In this document: positions 9,213-20,500 of the stretch, piece by piece | Layout of the letters: every line of letters starts with the position of its first letter | Numbering within the stretch: position 1 is the stretch's first letter | Assembly (NCBI GenBank): GCA_034408725.1 | Contig: JAWXCN010000152.1 | Coordinates: 5,709-69,708 of the forward strand | DNA: 64,000 nucleotides | Direction of reading: 5' to 3' | Origin: Candidatus Hydrogenedentota bacterium | Lineage (GTDB): Bacteria; Hydrogenedentota; Hydrogenedentia; Hydrogenedentales; SLHB01 | The notes under the pieces: model-generated | Told to the model about the DNA's origin: nothing | Databases searched by the model: none | What the model saw: the letters and a program-made list of their open reading frames with translations, nothing else | Translations under genes and position numbers: made by a program

Positions 9213-10991
9213 TCACCGTCCCGCGGGCTCCTGGTGCATGTCCTTGAACGCGCGAAGGCTTGGCGCCCACATATGCGTCACGGGATCGACGTCGCAATGA
9301 ATAACTGAACACCCGCCGGACGCACTCGCCCGTTCGAGCGCAGGTTTCAAATTGACCGGAGAATTTACGCGCTCGCCATGCGCGCCCATGCTCAGCGCAA
9401 GTTTGTCCCACTGTATTTCGCCAAGGTCGGCATTGATGGCGTCCAGCGGACCTAGCGATTCGTTCAGCGTGCCAAGCGACGTAAATTTCTGGCTCAACCC
9501 TTCCACGATCTTCCGGTACTTCTGCAGCGTAAACTGCTGGTTCATCTTCACCATGCCCCACTGCCGATCGCAACACACCAGATACGTGACCGCGAGTTTA
9601 TTGCGAACCGCCGTCTCGATCTCTTGCGGCTGAAATCCCATCGCGCCGTCGCCGATGATGCAGTAGGCGTGCCGGTCCGGCGCAGCGACCTTTGCGCCCA
9701 ACACCTGCGCGACACCGGCGCCAAGCATGCCAAACTTGGCTGTCTGTAAAATCGTGTTCGGCGCACGGGCCGTCCGGTAAAAATGCGCCCAGATCGCTGT
9801 GTTCCCGCCGTCAACAACACAAATTGCGTCCTTGTCGAAATGTTGTTCACACGCACGGGCGACATGCCCCGCGTTTAACCCAGGGCCTTCCAGCCGTTCC
9901 CTAAGCGTTGCGAGATGGGCACTGCGCGCCTCGCCAAACTGCGCGAGTTTGTTTGCGCGTCCATTAACCGCCGGTTTGCGCGATTTCACTTCTTCAATCA
10001 ACGCGCGCAGGAACACCTTGCAGTCCGCGAGGACAGCGATCGTTGCCGGCTTGTTCAGTCCAAGCATGTCCTCGTCAATATCAACCTGAATCATTTTTTG
10101 TTGCGATGCCTGACGCCAATATGGCGCCTTGCCCCACCAATCCGTTTCGCCCAGCCGCGATCCCAGTGTGAGCACCACGTCCGCGTCGTTCCGCACCCGA
10201 TGATTGAGCTCGACGTGGATCATCGCTATCGCCAGCGGATGGTCTTCCGGCAACGCACTGCGCGCGGCCCAGCTCGTCAAAACGGGCGCCTGCAATAGCT
10301 CGGCGAGTTCCTGCAATTCGGCGAACGCCATCGCGTGTACAACGCCGCTGCCCGCGTGAATGATCGGCAGACCGGCTTTCAACAGAAGGTCCGCGGCCGC
10401 CTCGATCTGTGCGCTGCACGGTGTGATTGGATCGGTGCGGCGATACTGATGCGGGTCGAGAAATGCCGGCGCGGCTTCCTCCCCGTTCATGATGTTTTCA
10501 GGCACGTCCACGTGTACCACGCCCGGACGCCCATGAAACGATTTGCGAAAAGCGCGGCGCATCAACTCCGGCAACCGCGCATGCGAGGGAACGGCGCCGC
10601 TCCATTTGGCCATCGGCTTGATAACGCCCACCTGATTAAAATATTGATAGGTGCCACCGCGATCCGGGTAGCCCGTGCCCGTGCGGCGTGTACTGGTGAG
10701 TAGGAGCACACGATTGCCTTCACCGTTCTCGACAGCGATTCCCGGTAGAATGTTGGCCACGCCCGGGCCGTTGCTCGCCATGCACACGCCCAGCTTCCCG
10801 GTGATGCGCGCGTACGCGCCCGCCATGTGCGCCGCGCTCGTCTCGTGCCGCGGGGTGATCAAATCGATGTCATATTTGCGCAAACTCGAATACAACCCGA
10901 AATACGTGCCGTCGATAATTCCGAACACCTTCTCGACGCCCTCAGCCTTCAGCATCCGCGCAATGACATCCCCACCCATCATCTTGTCCAT
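9213..10991 (-). CDS. Thiamine pyrophosphate-binding enzyme (acetolactate synthase / 2-hydroxyacyl-CoA lyase superfamily)
   Basis: RHETSAAHMA, SNGPG, GRPGVVHVDVP, GMLGAG, GDGAMG TPP motif. Start moved to ATG 10991 (RBS AAGGGG, promoter directly upstream). Confidence 0.9.
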   Translation of the reverse strand: MDKMMGGDVIARMLKAEGVEKVFGIIDGTYFGLYSSLRKYDIDLITPRHETSAAHMAGAYARITGKLGVCMASNGPGVANILPGIAVENGEGNRVLLLTSTRRTGTGYPDRGGTYQYFNQVGVIKPMAKWSGAVPSHARLPELMRRAFRKSFHGRPGVVHVDVPENIMNGEEAAPAFLDPHQYRRTDPITPCSAQIEAAADLLLKAGLPIIHAGSGVVHAMAFAELQELAELLQAPVLTSWAARSALPEDHPLAIAMIHVELNHRVRNDADVVLTLGSRLGETDWWGKAPYWRQASQQKMIQVDIDEDMLGLNKPATIAVLADCKVFLRALIEEVKSRKPAVNGRANKLAQFGEARSAHLATLRERLEGPGLNAGHVARACEQHFDKDAICVVDGGNTAIWAHFYRTARAPNTILQTAKFGMLGAGVAQVLGAKVAAPDRHAYCIIGDGAMGFQPQEIETAVRNKLAVTYLVCCDRQWGMVKMNQQFTLQKYRKIVEGLSQKFTSLGTLNESLGPLDAINADLGEIQWDKLALSMGAHGERVNSPVNLKPALERASASGGCSVIHCDVDPVTHMWAPSLRAFKDMHQEPAGR

Positions 10992-11025
10992 GAATACACC
11001 CCTTGAACGCCCACCTGCAACGTGC

Positions 11026-11054
11026 ATTGTGCGGCCAATCCCTGTGCCAGTCAA
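11026..11054 (-). promoter_or_regulatory. Sigma70-type promoter for the TPP-enzyme operon
   Basis: TTGACT-17 nt-CACAAT on minus strand, ending 35 nt upstream of ATG 10991. Confidence 0.6.
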
Positions 11055-11144
11055 GAGCATTGCCCGCCGCAGCGTTCTTTTGACAGGTGTGGCCAACCCC
11101 CGCTTCTTCCAAGGTCCGAGGGCCGGCATCGTTATAGTTTCCCT

Positions 11145-12416
11145 TTAATTCGATTTAGAAATCTTTAGCGCGAAATTAACGAGCTCCTTACTGTCTCCCA
11201 ACCTCGTGATATAGAGAAATGATTCATCCCGCGTGACAAGCAATGGGTTTTCCCCAACAAGGTTTCTCGGTGGCGCTCCTAAATAGTCTGGCGTCAGTAA
11301 ATCAATATTTTTTGGTAAAGCTCCTTTCACGTTCCGGTATCGTTCGGCTGCGACGATTAAACCTAGGGCATATACTTGCAAAGAATCTCTAAAGAATGCC
11401 TTTTCCTCGCTTAAAATATTTGGCGAGATCACAAGAGGAAAGTTGTTCGGAGGAGGGGGAACATATTTCGATAAAGCACGCACCAAGCGGTCGTTACACG
11501 CTTCAAAAATGTCTTGACGCTGTTTGGGCTCAAGACGGCTAGCTCTCAGTAAATCTCCGTATACGTCCAGCTTCATTTCGAAATCGACCGCGGCCAGAAC
11601 CCTTTCTATCGGGCCCAAGCCCGGATTCCACGCCCAAGGATGTTCGGCAATAACGTCTGCACGCAGTCCCACGATTACCTTGTACAGCGCGTCGGAATCG
11701 TGTAGAACTGAAACTTCATCTTGTATCATACGGAGCTCGGTAGAAGGAAATGTATAGTGATTGATATGATACTCGATACATCGCATTACGCAGACTCTAG
11801 CGAAACGACCAATACCCTGATATTTGTCATGCGGTACGACCTTAAAGATGTTACTCAACTTGCAAGCAACCGCAATATCCGTAACAGCTTGTCGATAGTC
11901 TTCTTGTTCAGCGTGCTGAATGGAATTCAATAGAACACAGTGGATGACACCGTATAGACGCCTTTCGAGGTTCGAAGTATATTCCATTCGCCGCTCTTTC
12001 AAACTAAACTGCGGCGGGTAATAGCAGCTTGGTGCATGAGCTGCCTTATAGGCTGCGTCTAAACACGGTCGATTCGCCTCCAGGAACTTCGATATTTCTA
12101 TCATTTCAACGGTTGTTAGACGCTCGCGCGTGCTGATATATCCATTCTTTACAAAAGCAGGGATTGCGTAGGGAGTTTCTCGGTATGACAAAAGTGCGTT
12201 TTCAACCAATCCAGCTTCGTTTTCATCCGGAATACTTGCCACATACCAGTCATCCAAATCTGCGTTCGACACCGGTAATCCAGTTTGGCGGATGGTTGCG
12301 ATGTGTTGGTCTATAGAGCTAGTTAGATTATTCCATTTATACCATGGGTAAGCCACTAATGATGCCACTGCGATAAAAACAAAGCAGAGTGTCGCGGTGA
12401 CTATTACTGTTCTCAT
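11145..12416 (-). CDS. Hypothetical membrane-anchored protein with pseudopilin/GspG-like C-terminal motif; AT-rich
   Basis: 441-aa ORF in track; probable start ATG 12416 after GAAGGG. N-terminal TM helix. C-terminal AAERY..KGALP..I..L.P.YL...P.N..G.NP resembles the GspG C-terminal pattern. Confidence 0.65.
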   Translation of the reverse strand: MRTVIVTATLCFVFIAVASLVAYPWYKWNNLTSSIDQHIATIRQTGLPVSNADLDDWYVASIPDENEAGLVENALLSYRETPYAIPAFVKNGYISTRERLTTVEMIEISKFLEANRPCLDAAYKAAHAPSCYYPPQFSLKERRMEYTSNLERRLYGVIHCVLLNSIQHAEQEDYRQAVTDIAVACKLSNIFKVVPHDKYQGIGRFARVCVMRCIEYHINHYTFPSTELRMIQDEVSVLHDSDALYKVIVGLRADVIAEHPWAWNPGLGPIERVLAAVDFEMKLDVYGDLLRASRLEPKQRQDIFEACNDRLVRALSKYVPPPPNNFPLVISPNILSEEKAFFRDSLQVYALGLIVAAERYRNVKGALPKNIDLLTPDYLGAPPRNLVGENPLLVTRDESFLYITRLGDSKELVNFALKISKSN

Positions 12417-12591
12417 TCGCCCTTCGTTGGTGTGCACGCCGTTTTCAGTCCTCAGGTGTGTTAGCTTCATCTAGAGGAGTCCAATTTTGCCGGAACTAGA
12501 ACAAAGCTAAATTCCATGGGAAAGTAATAAATTTAGACCTTTAATTCTCGTCCATGTCTGTCCGAGCTCGTCGGTGGCCGTCCCGGGTTCC

Positions 12592-13095
12592 TTAAGCCAA
12601 GTGGTCCGCGCTCGACAACTGCACCTCGATGCCGTCGGGATCATCAAAATAAATCCGGTCTGTGCCCTTCGGCTGGTCCGGGTTCAATCCAAGCGCGCGC
12701 AGCTTCTTCTCGGCCTCGAGCACATTATAGTTTTCCACCGCGTAGCAATAGTGGTGCAGACCCGGCGTGTCACCGCGAAACAACGCCAAAAACGAACTGC
12801 CAAAATTCATGAACGCGCTCCCAGACGACTCATTCGCCAACGTCAGTCCAAGGTGCTTCGCGTAAAAATCCCGCGACCGCGCCACGTCCGTCACCCGCAA
12901 AGCGATATGATTAAACCCCAGCGCCTGGAATGACGGCCCCACCGCTTCCGCAACCGGCGCGGCGACTTCATCGGCATGTGCGCCAATCCCGAACGTCGCC
13001 CCGGCGGCCATTGCGGACAATTGTGCAACCAATTGCCTCCGCGATATCTGCCCGGATTCGAATTTGGATACCACCGCGTCCACTACGTATTCCAT
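12592..13095 (-). CDS. VOC / glyoxalase family protein with twin-arginine-like N-terminal segment
   Basis: FNHIALRVTDVARSRDFY, LHHYCY, YFDDPDGIEVQL. RBS AGGAG before ATG 13095. SRRQLV followed by a hydrophobic stretch ending AHA. Confidence 0.85.
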   Translation of the reverse strand: MEYVVDAVVSKFESGQISRRQLVAQLSAMAAGATFGIGAHADEVAAPVAEAVGPSFQALGFNHIALRVTDVARSRDFYAKHLGLTLANESSGSAFMNFGSSFLALFRGDTPGLHHYCYAVENYNVLEAEKKLRALGLNPDQPKGTDRIYFDDPDGIEVQLSSADHLA

Positions 13096-13318
13096 GACAT
13101 TGCTCCTCTGTTTACAGTATGCAGCACACAATACCATTCCGCTTCCCTGTCAACCACCATGAACTTAAAAAACCTTACTTTTGAATCAAATCCAGATGAT
13201 TTCATACTAATTTGGAAATAATTAACCCCTCGTGTCCCAAAACCACCCCCGGGTTCCCCAATGCAACAGCGTGGGCTAACAATTAAAACATCGTTCTTGC
13301 TACCGCGTCCTCGCCCAG

Positions 13319-13342
13319 CGACAATGCTCACGACAATGCTCA
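13319..13342 (+). repeat. Perfect 12-bp tandem duplication (CGACAATGCTCA x2) directly upstream of an RBS
   Basis: Read directly at 13319-13330 and 13331-13342; followed by GGGAGG and ATG 13357. Confidence 0.8.
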
Positions 13343-13356
13343 ACGGGAGGCGCCTT

Positions 13357-15060
13357 ATGCGGGGATTATTTACCATCCTGATGATGAGCGCGGGACTGTT
13401 GTTACCCGCGCTTGCACTCGAACCCGTACCAGACAAGAGCGTCGTACTCACCTTCGACGACTCCGTGAAATCACACCGCACGTTCGTCGGTCCGCTCTTG
13501 AAAGAGTATGGCTTCGGCGCGACGTTCTTCGTGACGGCGCTATGGATGTCCGACACGGAAAACTTCATGACCTGGCAAGAAATTGCCGAATTACACCAGA
13601 TGGGTTTCGAGATCGGCAATCACAGTTGGAGTCACTCGAACTTCGGCAATCCGAAATATGCCGCACAACTCGAAGGCCAACTATTGCTCGTCGAGCAGGA
13701 ACTGGAAAAGGTCGGCGTGCCGAAACCCGTCAGTTTTGCCTGGTGCGGCAATTTTTTTGGCGTTGAAGGCTTTGGCGTCCTGCGCGACTGGGGGTTCCAG
13801 TTTGCGCGGCGCGGGATGCAACCGGAGGTGCCGTATGCTGCGCTCGCGCCCGGCCCGCTGTACGACCCCGCCAAATATCATCCGCTGCTGTTGCCGTCCG
13901 CTGGCGACGCGTATCCCAATTGGACGCTCGAAAACTTCAGGGCCGCAGTCGATCCCGCGCGCGACGGCAAAATTGCGATTGTCCAGTTTCATGGCGTGCC
14001 GGATATCGCTCATCCCTGGGTCCACACACCGCCAGATCGGTTCCGCGAATACATGGACTACCTCAAAGCCAATAAGTTCAACGTCGTTGCGATACGTGAC
14101 CTCGCGCGGTACGTAGATACATCGCAGCCGCCAAACGACGCCATGTCGATGGTCCACTACGCGCCGCGTCCCGTCGACCAGCCACAGGAAGTCGCCGCCA
14201 CCCGCGCCGATCCAGGATTTTGGTTGCATGCGATGATTAATCGACACAAATACTCGATCGAGGAAGCCGCTCGCGTATTCGGGTTGCCAACCAAAACGCT
14301 CGAAGCGCGCCTGCCAGATTATCGATTGAATGCCACGCCTTGGCCGGAATCGCCGACCCGCGGCGCAGTAACTGTCCTCCCCTACCCCGGCGGACGCCAC
14401 CCGCGCATCGGCTTTCTCGAAGGCGCAATCGCGCCGCAGCGCGGAACGAAAGCCAGCATCTTTGCTCCGTGGGACCCGGAGAGCTATGCGGTTATCGATT
14501 TGCCCGAAGCAATTTTCAGCAATCTCGGCCTGCTCTATCTCGCCCACACTCACGTACAAACGATCTGGGACCCGCAACATCAGTACATTGAGAACACCGA
14601 TTGGATGCGACATCCCAATGGAGAGTTGTCCAATACATGGGTACTGCCAAACAAGATTTCATTTGGTGCGCGCATCATCCCCCAGAAAGATGCCGCAGAC
14701 CTCGAACTGTGGCTCGAAAATGGGACGGACCAACCGCTAACGAAATTGCGCACGCAGATTTGCGTGATGTTGAAAGGCATGGAGGATTACCAGTTTCAAA
14801 GCAACGAAAACAAACGGTTCGATGGCAGCGTCGCGTCCGCGCATTCACTCGATGGCAGCTCCTGGGTCCTCGTTGCCTTCGACAACTGCGGGCGCACTTG
14901 GGGCAATAAAGATTGCCCGTGCATGCACTCTGATCCCGTGTTGCCAGATGCAGCGCCTGGTGAGCGCGTAAGTGTTAAGGGCAGATTATGGTTCTTTAAA
15001 GGTGATATCGAAAAGGAAATCGCGCGAGGGCAGAAGAAGTTCAAGGAACGTCCAAAATAG
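13357..15060 (+). CDS. Secreted polysaccharide deacetylase (NodB/CE4) fused to an uncharacterised C-terminal domain
   Basis: Signal peptide MRGLFTILMMSAGLLLPALA; VVLTFDD and EIGNHSWSH metal-binding motifs; C-terminal domain begins PYPGGRHPRIGFLEGAI. Start moved to ATG 13357 (RBS GGGAGG). Confidence 0.85.
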   Translation: MRGLFTILMMSAGLLLPALALEPVPDKSVVLTFDDSVKSHRTFVGPLLKEYGFGATFFVTALWMSDTENFMTWQEIAELHQMGFEIGNHSWSHSNFGNPKYAAQLEGQLLLVEQELEKVGVPKPVSFAWCGNFFGVEGFGVLRDWGFQFARRGMQPEVPYAALAPGPLYDPAKYHPLLLPSAGDAYPNWTLENFRAAVDPARDGKIAIVQFHGVPDIAHPWVHTPPDRFREYMDYLKANKFNVVAIRDLARYVDTSQPPNDAMSMVHYAPRPVDQPQEVAATRADPGFWLHAMINRHKYSIEEAARVFGLPTKTLEARLPDYRLNATPWPESPTRGAVTVLPYPGGRHPRIGFLEGAIAPQRGTKASIFAPWDPESYAVIDLPEAIFSNLGLLYLAHTHVQTIWDPQHQYIENTDWMRHPNGELSNTWVLPNKISFGARIIPQKDAADLELWLENGTDQPLTKLRTQICVMLKGMEDYQFQSNENKRFDGSVASAHSLDGSSWVLVAFDNCGRTWGNKDCPCMHSDPVLPDAAPGERVSVKGRLWFFKGDIEKEIARGQKKFKERPK

Positions 15061-15262
15061 ATGCGCCGATTGGGAGGAAATCTACATTTGGCGGGATCGT
15101 GCTACGTTCTGCGCGTACCTCAAGACATGCAGAGATTGCCTCTTCAATGTTTTTGAGCGCCTCAGCACGCGTGGCTCCCTGACTAACACAACCGGGAATC
15201 GAAGGGCATTCTAATACCCAAACGCCATCTTCGTCCCGCGACACAGTGACCTGAAACTTCAT
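15041..15262 (-). CDS. hicB: HicB-family antitoxin (UPF0150), no HicA partner adjacent
   Basis: MKFQVTVSRDEDGVWVLECPSIPGCVSQGATRAEALKNIEEAI is the HicB N-terminal RNase H-like signature; RBS GAGGA before ATG 15262. Confidence 0.8.
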   Translation of the reverse strand: MKFQVTVSRDEDGVWVLECPSIPGCVSQGATRAEALKNIEEAISACLEVRAERSTIPPNVDFLPIGASILDVP

Positions 15263-15272
15263 TTCTGATTCC

Positions 15273-16718
<1,446 letters not shown>

Positions 16719-16742
16719 AGCAATACTGCCTCTGCCACCCTT

Positions 16743-16772
16743 ATTCTGCGCGTAACGGGAGTCCCGCGTCAA
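16743..16772 (-). promoter_or_regulatory. Candidate sigma70 promoter for the DUF1501 gene
   Basis: TTGACG-18 nt-CAGAAT on minus strand, ending 24 nt before ATG 16718. Confidence 0.45.
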
Positions 16773-16793
16773 CCTGGAATTCAATTAAAACGC

Positions 16794-16822
16794 TTGACCA
16801 TTTCCTCCTTTCCTGCTATTCT
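16794..16822 (+). promoter_or_regulatory. Sigma70 promoter for the PEP-CTERM gene
   Basis: TTGACC-17 nt-TATTCT. Confidence 0.65.
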
Positions 16823-16881
16823 ATGAAAAGGTGCAAGGGTTTTGTTCCGGTGTGGTCTACAATGCGGTGAGGGTGCGTACC

Positions 16882-17574
16882 ATGTTTATCCGGCTCGGAA
16901 TCGTCGCGTGTACTGTTGCGTGCGTCCTGTTGCCGATGACAGCGCAAGCTGAAATCATCTACGACAATGGAGGGCCGGACTCGACGACCGGTGGCTCCGA
17001 CAGCACGGTCTTCGTTTCACTCAACCCTGATTTTGCTTCCTTCGACGACTTTGTCCTTGATGCTGGAAGCAACACCATCACCGATATTCATTGGTGGGGC
17101 AACTACTATACTTTCTTCGGGGAAAGCCTCGACGATTTCTTTGTGATCTATATTTTCGACGATGACAACGGCCATCCCGATCTGTCCAGCGGGCCATTGC
17201 ACACCATCGACGGCACGGGCGCGACGCGCGTAGATACCGGCCTGGACGTCGGCGGCGACGAAGAAATGCCGATTTTCGAGTACGACCTGTTCATCGATCC
17301 CATCACGCTCGATCCCGACGTGGTCTATTGGATGGCGATTACCAACGATTTCCACTGGCGCTGGCAGACGTCACTTGTGCCTGGCGGCGCATATCAGGTC
17401 GGTGGCATCAATCTGGAAGATAGTTTCACAGATTCCGAAGACGACCTCACTGCGCGCGATTATGGCCTGGCGTTTAATCTTACCGCGACCGTCGTCCCCG
17501 AACCTTCGACTATCGTGCTGCTGGGCGCGGGTATCGCCGCGATCGCTGCCGCGCGGCGGATGCAACGCCGCTAA
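16882..17574 (+). CDS. PEP-CTERM sorting domain protein (acidic, secreted)
   Basis: Signal peptide ending AQA; Asp-rich body; C-terminal VPEPSTIVLLGAGIAAIAAARRMQRR. Start moved to ATG 16882. Confidence 0.92.
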   Translation: MFIRLGIVACTVACVLLPMTAQAEIIYDNGGPDSTTGGSDSTVFVSLNPDFASFDDFVLDAGSNTITDIHWWGNYYTFFGESLDDFFVIYIFDDDNGHPDLSSGPLHTIDGTGATRVDTGLDVGGDEEMPIFEYDLFIDPITLDPDVVYWMAITNDFHWRWQTSLVPGGAYQVGGINLEDSFTDSEDDLTARDYGLAFNLTATVVPEPSTIVLLGAGIAAIAAARRMQRR

Positions 17575-17596
17575 AACGTAATCGGCGAGACGGAAC

Positions 17597-20500
17597 TCAG
17601 TCGATGAATGCAAATTCGTTGGACGCCAACAGCACCTGCGCGTACCGTTCCCACGGTTCCATCGGAGGAGGCTGCGGGCCGCTAAAATCGTTTTCCGCTC
17701 GCCACTCGGCCGAATCCAGCGAGCCTGTAGCGACAGCTTGATCGTAGCGAAGCCTCGGCGCCCACCGGAAAGAATCAAACCCATCGGTTCCGCCGCAAGA
17801 CACCACGAAATCGATGGTCTCACCCGCCACCACATCGACTCGCGCAACCTCCGCGGCGGCTTCCGTGTTGTGTACCGCGCTCTTCCACAAAATCCCCGCG
17901 CGATTGGACACAACATACCCAATCACACCATCGCCTTGACCCTCGGCCTCGCCCTGCTTCAGGGTCCCGGCAATGGTTATCGCCCCGTCACGCGGCGCGA
18001 TCCAGCGGCGAATGCTCGCGTGGTTCGCGTCCATGCCCGCGTGACCGCCGCGCTCGCTTAGGCTGACGTACCGTAGCTCAGGATCGGGCATCGTCTCGCT
18101 CACGCGCCACTCGCGATCTGCGTAATGGGCAAACGCGGTAAAGGAAGTAACACGGCCCGCCGCCTCGTCGACAGACCCATATCCATACTGCCACGCTGGC
18201 GCGGGACGTGAAGGCAAAGTAGTCTGGTTGGCGATGAATGTTTCCACCATTGCGCATTCGTCCGCATCCGGCTCGCGTTGGTATACAAGCCGGTACAGTG
18301 CCTTCGCGCGGTCCAGTGCTGAACTCGCCGCAACCACATCCGTCCGCGACGCCAGTTCGCGCGCCTGTTCGATAACGAAGGGGCTGTTCATCATGAACAG
18401 CGCCTGTTGCGGCACCGTAGTGCGGAACCGCCGGGCGCTGTGCGTGTCGGGACTCGCAAAGTCGAACGTGCGAAACATGCCGGGAAGGTTTTGGCGCTCG
18501 ATATAGCTGTACACGGTGCGGCGCGCGGTAAATGGCGGTTCGACGATATCCACGGAGGGCCCGCCCATCGTGAGATCAAGACTGCCCGAAGATGCCAGCA
18601 CGGCGTCGCGAAGCGCCTCGAAATCAAGCCGGTGCCGGTTCTGACGCCACCACAACCGGTTCTCGGGGTCTTTGTCACGGAGCTCCGCGTTGTTGGAGCT
18701 GCTTTGCTGATACGTGTTTGAGAGCAAAATAACTTTATGCAGCTTCTTCGTAGACCAACCATCGTGCATGAAGCGCGAGGCGAGATAATCGAGTAACGCC
18801 GCGTGAACGGGCCGCTCGGTGCGCACGCCAAAGTCACTGCCCGTTTCCACGATCCCGCGATCAAAATGGTTCATCCACACCCGGTTGACCCAGACGCGCG
18901 CGGTTAGCGGGTTGGCCGCGTTCGCAATTGCCTCCGCGAGTTCGAGTCTTCCGCTGCCCTTCTCAAAGGGTTTGGGGCCACCTTCGCTCAATACCGCCAG
19001 AAACTGCCGCGGCACGTCATCGCCCTTGTTCTGCGGATTGCCGCGCTTGAAGATATGAGGGTCATAGGGTTTATCGGCATCAACCAATGCCATTGCGCGA
19101 TCCGGCCGTCCCGCATGGGATGCCTTTACGCGGGCAATCGCGTTGTTCTTGTCCCGAACACGGTTTTGCGTCGGCACGTCATACATGGGAAGAATGTCGC
19201 CCTCGGCGATATTCGCGGGGCTGTCAGAGCCGTACAATGCTTGCCGCACAGCTTCATCATCGGCGTCGGGCAATGCAGTGGACGGCGTGGTCTCACCACG
19301 TTGCGCTTCGGACGCGAGCAGGTTCATCCACGTATCGTTCGCAGCGTGCAATACCGTCGCATAGCGTTTTGCCACGTCCGCCATCGACGCCGGTGGATCG
19401 CCGCCAAAAGCGCCCGCCACGCGCGGATTAATCTGCTTGTCTGCGTTCGCCGTGAACTGCGCCGTCAACGGCGCGGCCTGTTCCGCGAATCCTTCGGCCG
19501 GCAGCGCGGCAAATGCGGTCCAGGGCGCGAACAGCCTGTCATGCGCTTCGGCTTTCTTCTTGAGGTAGTCGCGCCAGCGCCCCACCAACTGCCAACGCAA
19601 TGAACGGTCGCGCGCGAGCGTCTGGAACTGTTCGTCGTCGGTTATATCGCGCGTATCGAACGCTGCCAACATATAACCTTCGATTTCGGCGCGAGCATGC
19701 GCAAGCAGATCAACATGCAGCTCTTTTACCAACCCTCGTTCAGCGGCTTCGGCTTCTTGCAGTTTTGCGACATAGTCCTGATATTGGGGATTCGCCGGAT
19801 CGGGTTCCCGGATCAAGGGCAGTTCCGCTGGTTCGGATGAACTCCGGAAAACGCCGTACAGGGCGTAGTAATCCTGCATCGATATCGGGTCGAATTTGTG
19901 GTCGTGACACCGGGCGCACGTCACGGTAAGTCCCATGAGACCTCGCGTGACAACGTCGATACGGTCGTCGGTAATGTCATGGACATTACCGAGAAAGTGC
20001 CGGTTCAGGGTAAGAAATCCCATGGCCGCCAAAGGACGTTTGTCGTCGCCAAGCTCGAGCTGGTCGGCGGCGAGTTGTTGCTTAACGAAAGTGTCGTATG
20101 GCAAGTCCTCGTTGAATGCACGGATAACGAAGTCCCGATACGTATGTGAGAACGGTATGTTCCGCTCACTCTGAAATACGTAACCTCTGGTATCCGCGTA
20201 ACGCGCAACATCCAGCCAGTATCGTCCCCAGCGTTCCCCGTATCGTGGCGACGCCAGCAGGCGATCCACAACCTGTTCGTACGCGCCCGGAGTTGTGTCC
20301 TGTACAAAGGCGTCAACTTCGTCCGCGGTAGGGGGCAATCCTGTCAAATCAAAGGTAACGCGCCGTAGGAGTGTGTACTTGTCCGCCGAAGCAGAAGGCT
20401 TCAGCCCCGCCTTTTCCAACTCGGCCAGCACAAATGCGTCAACGTCCGTTCTCACCCACGCCGGATCACCGACAGCGGGCGGGGCGGATGCCGTCACGGG

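Noticed and set aside
9213-10991. Naming the TPP enzyme ilvB/ilvG
   Set aside because: No regulatory subunit or ilv genes nearby and the TPP motif is atypical; family-level call only.
11036-11051. Sigma54-like TGGCAC upstream of the TPP gene
   Set aside because: GG-to-GC spacing is off by one; a well-spaced sigma70 promoter overlaps the same bases.
11145-12590. Prophage, IS or integrative element around the AT-rich gene
   Set aside because: No integrase, transposase, terminal inverted repeats or att-like direct repeats seen.
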